DNA from: the human T2T-CHM13v2.0 reference genome, Homo sapiens
Length of the DNA stretch: 64,000 nucleotides
Assembly: GCF_009914755.1 (NCBI RefSeq)
Contig: NC_060932.1
Reading direction: 5' to 3' (one strand)
Numbering within the stretch: position 1 is the stretch's first letter; every line of letters begins with the position of its first letter. Shown here piece by piece: positions 1 through 12,755 of the stretch. The translations under genes were made by a program, and so were the position numbers. The notes under the pieces were generated by a model that was not told the DNA's origin, did not search any database, and saw only the letters and a program-made list of their open reading frames with translations.

Positions 1-309
1 AAATCATCAACTTTTACGGAATAAATTAAACTAGCAAAGTAAAAATGCTGGAGTATTAGAATAGTGGGAAGGATTTAATAGGTTTGTTCTTTAAAATAAA
101 TTTCCTAAAAATTTAGTCTATTTGAAATGTTAGAACACATTTAAGAAAATGACTTAATTAGAAAAGTTTAAAATTTATTTTAATAGCTCTGTCAATCATT
201 TCCATTCATTATCATTGCTTTTGACACTACAATTGCTGTTAGTCCATATTGCACAAAATGTATGAAAGTGAACTACAGCTATTTTGAGCCCATCTAAAAT
301 ATCTTACTA

Positions 310-605
310 CAATTTTTAGATATAGTAGTTGTACATATTTATGGCGTACATAGGATATTTTGATATAAGCATACAATGTGTAATGATCAAATCTGAGTAA
401 TTGGCACATTCATCACTGCAAATATCTATTATGTCTTTGTGTTGAAAATATTCCAAATCTTCTAGCTATTTTGAAATATAAGATACTGTTAAATATAGTT
501 GCCCTATTGTGCTATCAAATGCTAGAACTTATGTCTTCTTATCCTTCTATCTTACTGTATGTAATTTTGTCCCCATTGACCAATCACTCCTCATCACCCT
601 TCCCT
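310..605 (-). mobile_element. L1MA-type LINE-1 3' end fragment
   Basis: Motifs ttgtacatatttatgg..tacaatgtgtaatgatcaaatc..gtgctatcaaatgctagaactta..cccattgaccaa typical of antisense L1MA 3' UTR. Confidence 0.7.
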
Positions 606-2254
606 ACTTCAATTATTTTCTTTTACAAAACATGGTATATACAGGAAATAACTTGCTCAGTTACAGTGTGGAAATCTTTACATATTACTTTTTATCAGGT
701 TTATAGTGAAGGATGACAGCCTTAAATGTTATGCAATTAGGTTTTCTTCATGCTATAAATTTAAAAAAAAGCAAAAATGATTTTTTGTTAGATGGCTTAA
801 AATTACCACTTCACTATTTCTGAACGTCATTCTAAGCAATTAGTTCAAATTATGGATATTTATTGGTTTATGAAACATTTTAAGGTAATTTTTTTCTTGT
901 TAATAACTTCAAAAGTAGGATAGTAGAGAAAGGGCCTGATGGTTTATGTGAATATAAGATATGAACTATCTATACACACAGCATATATTTTAAAAAAAGA
1001 GGAATATTATCGTTGGAGCAGGATTTATAAGGCTGATTCTTAGTTATTATTAGTTGTGGGATTTTGGACAAGAATCTGCCTTTTTACCTGCTTTTTTCTC
1101 TTAAATAAGCAGCTAAGACTAGATGGCTTCTCTCTTTATAGTTTAAGATTCTTTAACTGTGAATCCTTATTCATGGTGAAAAAATGACTACATCCCTCCC
1201 AAGTGACGCTTTTTGTTGTGATTCTCTTCTACCCTCATCCCCACCCCGATGGTAACCTAAAGTTTAATTCTTCTGAAGTGTTCAACTGCTCTAAGTTTAG
1301 TTTTGTCACATGTGAATTTTCTGCTGTCTCAAAATACTTTTTAACAAAATCTGCATTTTGTATTTTCTGGCATAATTCTAGATTTTTCCATTGGAAACAT
1401 GAATTATAAGTAGGAATCTACCTCTACTTTTCTCTGCATTATAAGATTTGACTTTATAAGTATTAAAAATAGGTCTGAAGATTTCATGGTGATTTTAACA
1501 CGTCTGGATTTCAAAAAGAATAAAGAAAACTAAAGGAAAAGATTATCAGACCAAAGGAGAAAATGCAAAAGAATAAAATCCTACGGATCAAAGAGTTCAA
1601 TGTTGTAAATAATAAGTTACTAATATTGGGGGGCAGTGGCAGTGTGTGTAAAAGGGGACAGATTAGCATGCCTACTTACAAGTATCTTGATTTAATTATT
1701 TGGTTGGGTAAGGTTTTCCTGCTTCTAAAAGCACCTTAGTTTTCTCTTTTATAAGCATCTATATGTCAATTTATCTTTAATAATGATACATCTATACTTT
1801 TTAAATAAAAACTATAATAATTGTAATACAGATGCAGAAGATGAAAGGTCAGGAGAATATCCATTTTTGGACATGACAAAGTGTGAATTAACAACATAAA
1901 ATTTAAATTCACAAAAAATTTAAAATATGTTAAACAGAAGACAAATATTTTAGCTGTTTATATTTTTAACGGAAAGAATAATGTATATCTCCTAATAAAT
2001 AAATTAAAAAAATAAATATTGCAAGTATTAATTACAAGACTATTCTAAATCATGTATCAGGTATTTAATATTACAATATATACCATAAAATATAGATTTC
2101 ACGATTTATAAAAGATACAGAGCATAAATCTTGACTTGTCATCAAGTAATGAGTGCTTCTAATGACCATATTTAACTTAGAAAATTAACCTGATTTTTTA
2201 ACCTGATGCATTTCAGTAATAAGCATGTAAAATTTATTGTAGAGTTAATGTTAA

Positions 2255-2938
<684 letters not shown>

Positions 2939-5900
2939 ATGTCGTATTTGTATGAGTGTATGAATGAATATATATAATATTGTTAATTCTGAGTCTTTTA
3001 ACTAAAGGTATTTTGTTGGGAGAATTCCCTTTATTGATCGTGAACTATGATGGGAGGAAGTGATTTTAAAAAATGAACACCCAAGATGAAGCACTTTCAT
3101 TTGTAAATCTCAAGATGAAATACAGAAAAACTATGTATGCTCTAATAATTTTAGAAAGCATTAAATGCAAGATTGATAGGCATATGCACAAAGATTCATT
3201 TTCTTTTCTTTCATATGCTAAACAATTTTTAATCATTTTTAAAATTTTTCATTACATGTTCAGTTTGACTGTTTTTTTGTTTAGTGTAATAGAAATATTT
3301 TATAATACAAGAAAGGCCTGGCAGGGAAGAATATCAGGCCAGCAATCAAATCCCTCTTTATTTAGTTGTAAGCCCTGGACACTAGCAAAAGCACTTTGTT
3401 TTGTAACTTGTATTAGAGTAGTTTTAAGCCACGTAGTGGATTATCACTGTGGCGTCTTCCAGGTTGTCCGTTGTCTTCAAGATCAATATAAATTCAAAAT
3501 TGCATTTAAAAACTTACAAAAAAAGATATTGATTGACTCTTACTTAAACCTCATCTAATTTTCATGTTAATCAGCTAAAGTCATTATTTGAAATGATTTA
3601 AATTAAAATGCCTACTATAAAAATTAACCATATATTCACGCATATAAATCATAGATTGATTTTGTTTCCAATATCAACTTTTTTGATGAAACAGGCATTT
3701 GTCTTTATGTTTTATGTTACAAAAACTTTGTAAGTGTAACTTGAGAACATCTGGTATTGGTGGGATAAAATAGATTGGGAAGTACTATATTTAGTGTTGG
3801 TACTGGCCTTTAATGTTAGGAAATCGATCATATTAAATAGGTGTAGTAGAAGGAATTTAAGTACAAGTTGGAGATTTGGAAAAGGTGACCTTCAATTGGT
3901 CCTTTTATCACTAAGCTTCTATAACTTAAAGTAATAAAACATTTCCTGGCTTGAAGTTCCTCTAAAAATTGAGTCCTTCATTACATAATCTCAAAAGTTA
4001 CATATCTGAAATATATTATTCTATTTCATTGCTATGCATATATAGTGAAAATATGTAATATGCAGAACATTTATCTTTGAAAAAGAAGAAACAGACATGT
4101 TTAGTATTAGTTAGCAGAACATTGTTTTAATTAGAAATAATTAACTTTCATGTTTGCATGGGGCTCTCTTAGAAGACAGTGGCATTTATTAAATGTTTTC
4201 AGAACAGTCTGAAGCGCTCCTCATTTTCCACTTGGATTATATTCTAAGACAATAATGAAGGTAAAATGAATGGTATACTCTAACTTTGTATTTATTTTAT
4301 TCTTCCAAGTTTGTGGTATTTATTTTAACAATAAAGTATCTTGGAAGTGTCAGTAGCTGTATTATAAACCTATAATTCAATCATATCATAATTCTTTTAA
4401 AAAGGAAAATAAGTTCTTATGAACAAGTAACTAGTATCTTGTTTATGTTTTTGTTTATTTCTGCTTCATTGTAACCTTTCTTTTCAAATGTACAATAATG
4501 CCTTTCTCGTCTTCTTTTGTGCTGTGTTTGATATGATACCTGGATGTGCGTTTCCCACTTTTTATTTTGAATTTATTAATTATAATCTTATCTTTTACTT
4601 TATAGTAAACTAATAAACTATACTACTAATACAATAATTTCCTTTTAATGTTTTGGATATTGAAAATAACTAACATGTCTCTAGGCGTGTATTTGATTTT
4701 GAGAAAGTGGCACATATCACTATTGACAATAGATTTATTTACATGAGTACTAAGACTAATCAGTCACTGACTAGGAGGTTAAAGTAATATTAAAACAGAG
4801 TGTGTTATTTTTGGCATTTTGCTTAGTGGATTAGGAGTTAGCAGACCTATGTTCTGAGTCTATAAGACATGGGACATGTCGATTAACTTTTCTATTCAGT
4901 TCTAAGAGATGTAATTCTTAACTATTTAGGAGTAGAATTTGGGTGAAAGGAAATAAAGACTAATGTCATCAGAATTATCAGTTCTATTCCAGAGATTTAA
5001 ATGTGTAGGGGAGTTATAAAATTATTTAACTGTATAAAGATGACTTTTTTTTGTTTGTTTAAAAGTAAATAGTGGCTCTATGTTAGAAGTCAGCAAGTAC
5101 AAAAATTTAACTTTTTTTTTTTTCTACATCCTGTACTGGCTGAACAAAACACTTTTCAGAACATACTTATCACAGAGGCTGCTAATGATGACTTCTTTGA
5201 TGTAATCCTTAGACAAAGAAAAATCAAGAAACTATACTGCTGCTAGATTGAAAACTAAACAATATTTCTGCAGTATCTCCTTTAACATCTTTCATATAAG
5301 ATTTACTACTGTATTAATAATACAATCTTCTGAGAAAACAATACATCTTATAAATGTTTCTGTAGCATAATTTTTAAAAAAGTGACTAGAGGTATCCTGC
5401 AACAATTAGATAATGTTTCTGGGTTACACAGGAAGACGATATAATAGAAAACTCAGTGACATAATGTTAAGTAGCTCATGAATCTTTGTGAAAAATATTT
5501 CATTTCAAAATATGTTTAAAATAAATGAAGATAAACTTTGTATAAAGAAAAGCAATGGCCATAATTTGATGAGAAATGTAGTAGTACAACTAAGTATTTT
5601 AAAAAGCACACAAAAAATAAAAATTAAAAAAAGTTCTTAAAGTACAGAAAAATTCATTGGTAGAGATAAACATACTAGGGATACACGAGAGTTAACATAT
5701 TTTTGAATTCATAAATGATGGAACTGAACTAGTTAAATTTATTAGGAAATAGTATATATTCATTTTTATAATTATGTAAAATCGTAATGTACTCTCCATT
5801 TAAAAAATCATTAGAGACAAGTAATATGGTTCAGAACAGCCAATACATTTTTTTAAATCTTAAACTCCTAATTATGCCACAATGCTCATTTGTACATAGC

Positions 5901-6762
5901 ACTTACTCTTGCATGTTTGATGTGTAAATATCAAATGTATGTGATGCTCAATTTTTAGGTGAAAGAAAATATATAATCACAATTTTACTATTGTGCTTAA
6001 ATTACACAATAAATTTTAGAAATCAACATGTAGCAAGAATCTTTAAATGTTAGTTATTTGTACTAATATTATTTACCATTTATAATATTAAGGTCTAGTT
6101 AGTCTCAGAAGCCATTCTGATTTGTGATGCAATATACCAAAAATTTGTTAACTATTTTGTGTTATGTCTTTTTCACTATGTAGGGATGATACACAAAATA
6201 TATTATCTATGTTCTCTGAATTTCTAACTTAAATTTTACTTTTCTATTTAAAGTTAGAAACCTCTCCAAAACTTTGATCAAAATGGAAAATTTAGTAGAA
6301 ATGTATAAAACCATATAAATACAATCATATTGATTATATGAATAATTATTTAACGTATTTCAAGATTCTCCACTAACAAGACCATTTTCTATTTTACAAA
6401 AGAAGATCCTGAAGCTACAATGTCTTAGTGTTGAAATGAGGTTGACCTAGTTTCTAAATATTTGGAATCTTATTTTTCAATCATTTTAGGCTAAGAAATA
6501 AGTGTAAATTTTTCACTTGGAAAACTGAACAGAGTGGTGAGTATGGAGAGGAGACACTGTGTTTTAATAAAACTAATTTGTTAATTTTCATAGGCATTAA
6601 GGATTGGATAAAGTTATTGATTTTTATTTAGGAGACCGTGAACAGACTGCAAAACTATATAAAAAATCATGTAACTAATCATTGCATAAAGACTCTAAAA
6701 TTTGTATATGGGCTTTCTTTCTTCCTAGAAATGGAGCAAATTCAGGAAACCATAGCACTTAC

Positions 6763-6822
6763 GCAGATAACAGCAGATGCACCTGCAATGCTTGGCGTAA
6801 CAGGTCTTACAGTTATGGTATG
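6763..6822 (-). CDS. Candidate 60-nt in-frame cassette exon of CSMD3, Cys-rich
   Basis: cctgacattttacag|CATACC...ATCTGC|gtaagt. 60 nt; phase-1 frame open: (A)YHNCKTCYAKHCRCICCYL. Unique sequence, GC-richer than its flanks. Confidence 0.5.
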
Positions 6823-7689
6823 CTGTAAAATGTCAGGATTATATGAAAAATGTGGGATTTTTATATTCTCTTTAGGGATTCTTATAATTGGCATAATAAA
6901 AGTCACCATATGGGAAGGGTTACCATTGGTATAGTTCACAGATACTTTTAACACTTTAAAACTGTCTGCCCTTAATTTAATTGTTTTTAATCTTTATTTT
7001 CTGACAGCTTCAAATTAACTTTTTAAATTGTTTTCGGTTGTACAGTTAATATTAATATCCACTCAATTTATGCACTTTCTTGGGACTTTTTTTTTCTGAT
7101 ATATTATGTTCTCTAGAATACAAGTGATTTTCTTTTCTTTTGTTTTGTTTCTAATTGGTATTTTCATTTCAAAAGTTAATTTTATCATAGATAATTTGAT
7201 TGTAAATTGTAACATGAAAAATGATAACTAATATTTTCTTACTCATGATAAAATATTATTACATTAAATATTTGTTTCGCACTCAACATAAGAAATCACT
7301 TATGTATATTATAAGGCCTTCTAATATGAGATTAATTAGGAAAGAAGAAACTTTTTGAAAAACAGCAGCCAAAGTTAATGACTTTCTTCAGACTGTGGAC
7401 AGTGGCATATAGTCTTCCACTATGAATTTCATTAGTGCATTGAATAATTTTATAAATTTACAAAAAAAAAATACAGAAAGAAACAGAAGAAAATTAATTG
7501 CTTTAATAAATAACAACAGTCCATCATCCCTGTGATTTCAGGTCATTATATTTTACTAAAATTCACTAGAAATATTAATATCAGTGCCTAGATTCTGTTT
7601 AAAATAAACATAGATGGGTTCTGATGGTTGTATTTAATGCAGTGTTTTACTGCTAATTTCATGGCTATTCAAAATGCCAACACACTCAT

Positions 7690-8320
7690 CATACCCATCT
7701 ATGTTTTATATTTCCCTTTCCAGGTCCATTCTCCCTATTCTCCTCCTTGTTCTCTGCCCAGAAATTTGATCTGAATGGCTACATCCTTGCTACACAAATT
7801 GTGACATTGCATTAGAAGCACTGGCGTCACCTGGGAGCTTGTTAGAAAAGCAGAATATAGAGCACTACTGAGAACTATTGAATTAGAATCTGCAGTTTAA
7901 CAAGATCCCCAGGTGATTCTTCCTAACATTTAAGCTTTTGAAGCAGTAGACTCTATCAACAGACTCCCTTAACCTCTGGGGGATTCCAGCAGGCGGATGA
8001 AGGGAGGGAGGAAAGTAAGACCAGAATTTTTATTCCACAGGATTCCTCACCATTGCAATTATTGGAGTTTGCTGGACTCTTAATTAAAGGGCATTTGTCT
8101 TTTAATGCAAGGCTACAATAGGACTTTGTCCAACATCTCACTTTCTTCCTTATCCCAACAACGTGGGAATCGTAACAGCCCAGCTGCTGCTACCATAGGT
8201 TACAGCATGGTTCCTTATGGTTTCTTTACATTCACTCATTCGGAAATAATCCTTTGTAAGTAAAACTTCCTCAAATTAGGCAACATTCTATTGTTTTGAA
8301 ATGTACTCTGATGAACATAC
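7690..8320 (+). mobile_element. LTR16-like ERVL LTR, interrupted by MER5A
   Basis: ctctgcccag..ctacatc / aacagactcccttaacctctgg..ggagggaggaaagtaagacc..tttattcc..aaacttcctcaaatt motifs. Confidence 0.55.
7787..7950. mobile_element. MER5A (hAT-Charlie MITE)
   Basis: gcgtcacctgggagcttgttagaaaagcagaat..gaattagaatctgcagtttaacaagatccccaggtgattc. Confidence 0.85.
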
Positions 8321-8984
8321 CTCTGGTACATGGAAATTATTAGAGATTTAATTGAAATCTACATCTCAGATACTGTATTCAACATCTCTTAATTTTTTTA
8401 TGACCACCATTATACTTCAAAGGATAATATCTAGGTAGAATTATTGTTGGCTGTTGCTCATCATCCTACCATTGGTTGTTCACTCATTTCTTAGAAAATG
8501 TTTTGAAAATCTAGACAACGCAACTGTGCTGTTTTCTAGCAATTATGTCTGTAAGAAACACAGAGATTCACAAAGATAGAGTAGATAAACAAAATTTAAA
8601 TGCGTTGGCTGTATTGAAATTGAAAAGTAATTCAATGAAAAGTAAAACTGGCAAGAAAAAATATGGAGTTAATAGAAATCTGAGATGAGTTGAATGTTAC
8701 ACTTTACTTTTGTATAACTTATACATGAGAGCAATATGAATAGTGTTAAATCAAACTGTATATATTCGTATCCAATATTCCATATCAATATTGCATTAAA
8801 CTATGTATTTTTTCCTAAGGAAATAAGCTACCTAAGACATTTAAAACTGTGCTAATTTTTTTAAATAAATTTGTTCACATTTATCTTTACCTTACAGGAT
8901 TTTTATATAACCAGAGTATATTTTCTTCTTGCAAATGATCCAGAAAGGGGCAGTATCATTTACTGGCTGTGCATCTAAAGCATT

Positions 8985-9150
8985 AGGTACTCTATGTGTA
9001 CTATCTCATTGAAATCACAAAATATCCATGCAAAATTATCGCCCCTTTCAAAAAATGTAGAAATGGAGAAGAGCTAAATTAATTGCCCAAGGTTATCTAT
9101 ATGTTAATAAAATATGGTCATTCATTTGACTCTAAAACTTCAATACTATC
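8985..9150 (-). mobile_element. MIR fragment
   Basis: tatctcattgaaatcac..gaaatggag..taattgcccaaggt..tgactctaaa MIR core. Confidence 0.55.
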
Positions 9151-11939
9151 ATCTATACCATCTGACTATAGATAACATAATTCCATATATTCAGTCAGAA
9201 CTCTCTCAAGTGCGTATCTTAGAAAACCATAAATAGATGCAATTAGTGTATCCTATCCTAATTTATTAATTTTGATATAAAATTTTAAGTAATCAATAAT
9301 ATTTGACCCTAAATATGTTTACCTTCATAAGGCACAAAAGCTTTATTAACTGGATTTAATATTGAATGAAGACATCAACTATCTGATGATAGTGCCAAGT
9401 ATAACCCCGTGGCCTGAAGCCTCATAATACTTTATTTTAAAGGTGTGAACAGATGAAATTAAAAGGTGTAGCAAAACCAACTGCTATGTGAAATTCAAAT
9501 AATCATCTAGTCCTTTTAGTAAAATCATCTTTGGCTGCATTCCTTTCTAAAGGGAAAGTTCAGAAGAGTTGATGAGACTTTTTTTTCCCCCTTAATATAA
9601 GCCTCCTCAATGAAAAATTTCTAACATCTCTGGGCTCTGGATAAAATTAATCTAGAAATTTCTGTCACTTTAGTTTCATTTGCTATTATGAGAAAATACA
9701 ATTGGAAGAATAATTTAAATAAAGAGAGATCAAGCATCAACAGTAAAAAGCAATAGTCCATGCTTTAGAATACAAATGATGTAATTGTGAAGAGAAAAAT
9801 ATCCTACGCAATGCACCCTAAACCTAACACCACGCTGTTCTGCCACATATGAAGGTTCTGCTCTTCCTAAAATTGTAAAGATTAGTTGTGTGGTTTCACT
9901 CTGCGCACAGCAGGGTAGCCATATGCTCTAGAAAACTACATGCAAGGAAAGCAGCTTGTTGCAAAAGTGGGTGAAAATGCCCTGAAATAATTCTGAACAA
10001 GATAAAAATGTCTCTACATAGGACCATTTCTTCATATTCCAAAAGGCAGAGGAGTCTGCTTTGGCATCAGCTTTGAGCACAAATAGAAAGTCTAGCCCCA
10101 TCAAAATATTTTAACAAAGAAAAAGATTTAAAAGTCACATACGCCACATTCACTGTGACGATCTCATTCACAGGTAAAAGAAGCTCTGGTAACCATTTGG
10201 GGAAATCAGCTACACACATAATGGTTTCATCTCTGATCTTTAAAGTTAAGCTTTCTCTTTTGATCAATTCAGTACATATTATTATCTTTCCTTATTTACT
10301 CATTCTATTAAAAATGAGATATAGTGTGTTAATATAAAAATAAGCTAACAAGATATCTGATTAACGGTTACAGGTGAAAAAAACAAAGTGGCTGAAAATC
10401 TGAAAAAAATATATAGGTTTCCTTAAAGACCTACTCAAAGGAAATAAGAACATTGACATCAGAAATTCTTAAAATCTTTACATAGGACTAACTCAAAAGC
10501 ATGGCTTGAAGGGTAGCATTGGATAAAAATGTTAAAATGGTTACTTGCAGATTTGCCATTTGTGAATAAAATAAATTTTCATTGTTTAATATTGTCATTC
10601 AAGTCCTCAGGCATTCTGAGTACTTTTATCTAATACATTTTAAATGTGCATAAACCCGTTAACAAGTAAATTCTAACATTTTATTTTTTCTCTTCTTTCT
10701 TCTTAAAAACAACTTATTTAACAAAACATAAAAGAATTAGAAATATAAAAATGTATTTACTGTCATGAATGACATTGCTTTGACAATTTCAAAAATGTGA
10801 TGAAATAAGGTAATGGATAGAAAATAAGGATGCTATTCAATAAATATGTATTTAAATGATAAATTGGTACATTTCTGAACATGAATTATTAAATAGCTCT
10901 ATAAACATTAAACACAACTTTCCATTAAATAACATAATTAGGGAAAGTCAAGAGAACAATGGAAAAAGTAAACAAAAAGTATGGCAGGATATTGATAAAG
11001 CATACAATGATCAATATTTGTATGTAACTCTCCACCCAAAATGTTGACATTCCCCTATTTTTTGTATTCACTTTACCAATGTCAAAGTTCCGACATCCAA
11101 AATAAATAAATAAAATGAATAAAATTAAGTAATTCTATAAGAATTATACATAACCAGATAATTTTTTAAAAGTTATAAATTCTGCAGTCTATTATTAGTT
11201 ATGCTTTAAAGATGCTATTAAAATAAATACATTAGTTAGTCTCATAAATAAAGACCTGGGAATTCAAGCAGACAAAGGTAATTTCACCATATATATAAAA
11301 TAAGAAAACAATGCTTAAAGATTAACTCCTCAGAATTTTTGATTTGGCATCAACTTTTGTATACTTTTCTTTTTTCTCTTTATTTTCTTTTCTTCTTCTT
11401 TTTTTCATTTTTAAAAATTTTTTTTTTTACTGTTTTACCTCCATCTATCAACCTTTCAGGGATTTGAAACATGGTAAGTAAAGGGAAACTAAACCCTGAT
11501 GTATTTTTCTCTTTGTTATTTGATACATTGAAAAATAACAACCATTTTAAAGTATAGAATTTTGAGTAAAATTTAAAATTTAGAGCTAAAATTTGACTTG
11601 GTGTTGATTTTCTTATTCATCTATTCCTTTATTGATCTTTCCAGTAAAATCATAATGAATGTCAATAGCTCAGCCATTCTTAAAGGTTGCCAAAACTAAT
11701 TAGTGTCATTAACATTGATTCAGAAAATCCATCTGCCTTAAAATATCCCTTGCACTCATAAATTTCCCACCATTTGAGTCACTCGTATGGAATAAAGTTT
11801 AGTTTTTACTATATTATCCAAGATAGCTTGTCAACACTGTGATTATCCTAGTGGAGAACAAAATCCTATGAGGAATAGACAGTGTTGGGACTGTGTGATA
11901 AATGTTGTTCTCTCTCCATGATGATCATCTTCATCTAAG

Positions 11940-12087
11940 TTCTTGCTACTCAGTGTATGAGCAAACCTAGAGATCTGTTAGAAATGCGAAATCTCAGATC
12001 CAACTCCAATTCCATCAAGTCATGATCTGCATTTGAACAAGACTACTAGATGATTCATGTCCACAATGAAATTTGAAAAGCGTACTA
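11940..12087. mobile_element. MER5A
   Basis: tgctactcagtgt..ctgttagaaatgcgaaatctcag..tctgcatttgaacaagac..gatgattcatgt..tttgaaaagc. Confidence 0.75.
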
Positions 12088-12099
12088 TAAGACCTATAC

Positions 12100-12755
12100 T
12101 CCAAGAAACTATCAACTGTTACTTGCATTTCTGTATCTTATTATTTGTCTGCTTGCTCCTATTCACTTGAAATTTCTTCTTCAAATTCATGCTAAAGTGA
12201 CTCCTTTAAAAATTACATTTGATAATATATGTTCCCTGCTAATGTCCACCAATGGTTTAGATAAAAATAAAGCTCATTTTTGAGGCCTAAAAGCCAAATG
12301 GTGTTTTTCCTACCTATGTTTCCCACCTCATCTACCTTACTCTCCTCCTGGTGCACTGAGTACAAGAATTAGTAGGTTTTATTTTTCTCAAGTTAAACTG
12401 AAGCTTTTTTTAACTAGCTGTTTTTTTTCCTGGTGTGCTTTCTCCTCTGAGAAATTTCAAGGCATAGCTCCAAGAGCATCTCTGTCTGCTTTCTGTTGTT
12501 TAGGTCTCAGTTTAAATTTTAACTCCCCAGAGTCCTTTCCTTACCATCCAAACTAAGGCAGCAATCCATCTATCATATAGCCTATTTTGATTTTCTGCAC
12601 AGCCCTTATTACCATCAGACAATTATTTACTTGTTTATTGTCTTTTTCTTCCTCACTTGAATATAAGTTCAATAAAGCAGGGTCTACTAAGTTTTGTTCA
12701 ATACTGTATACCCAGCAACTGGAAGACAGCTTGGCACTCAGTGGATATTTGTGAG
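12100..12755 (+). mobile_element. L2 3' end
   Basis: ctcagtttaaat..tttccttaccatcc..ttacttgtttattgtct..gaatataagttc..ttttgttcaatactgtatacccagca..ggcactcagt..tatttg. Confidence 0.7.

Noticed and set aside
3073-3558. Longest ORF, 161 aa on the plus strand
   Set aside because: AT-biased F/I/K/L composition, no recognisable domain, antisense to CSMD3, no promoter or splice support.
5167-5207. Minus-strand exon-like segment (tttctttgtctaag|..|gtatgt)
   Set aside because: 41 nt, frameshifting, with an in-frame stop in phase 1. Such AG/GT pairs are expected by chance in 64 kb.
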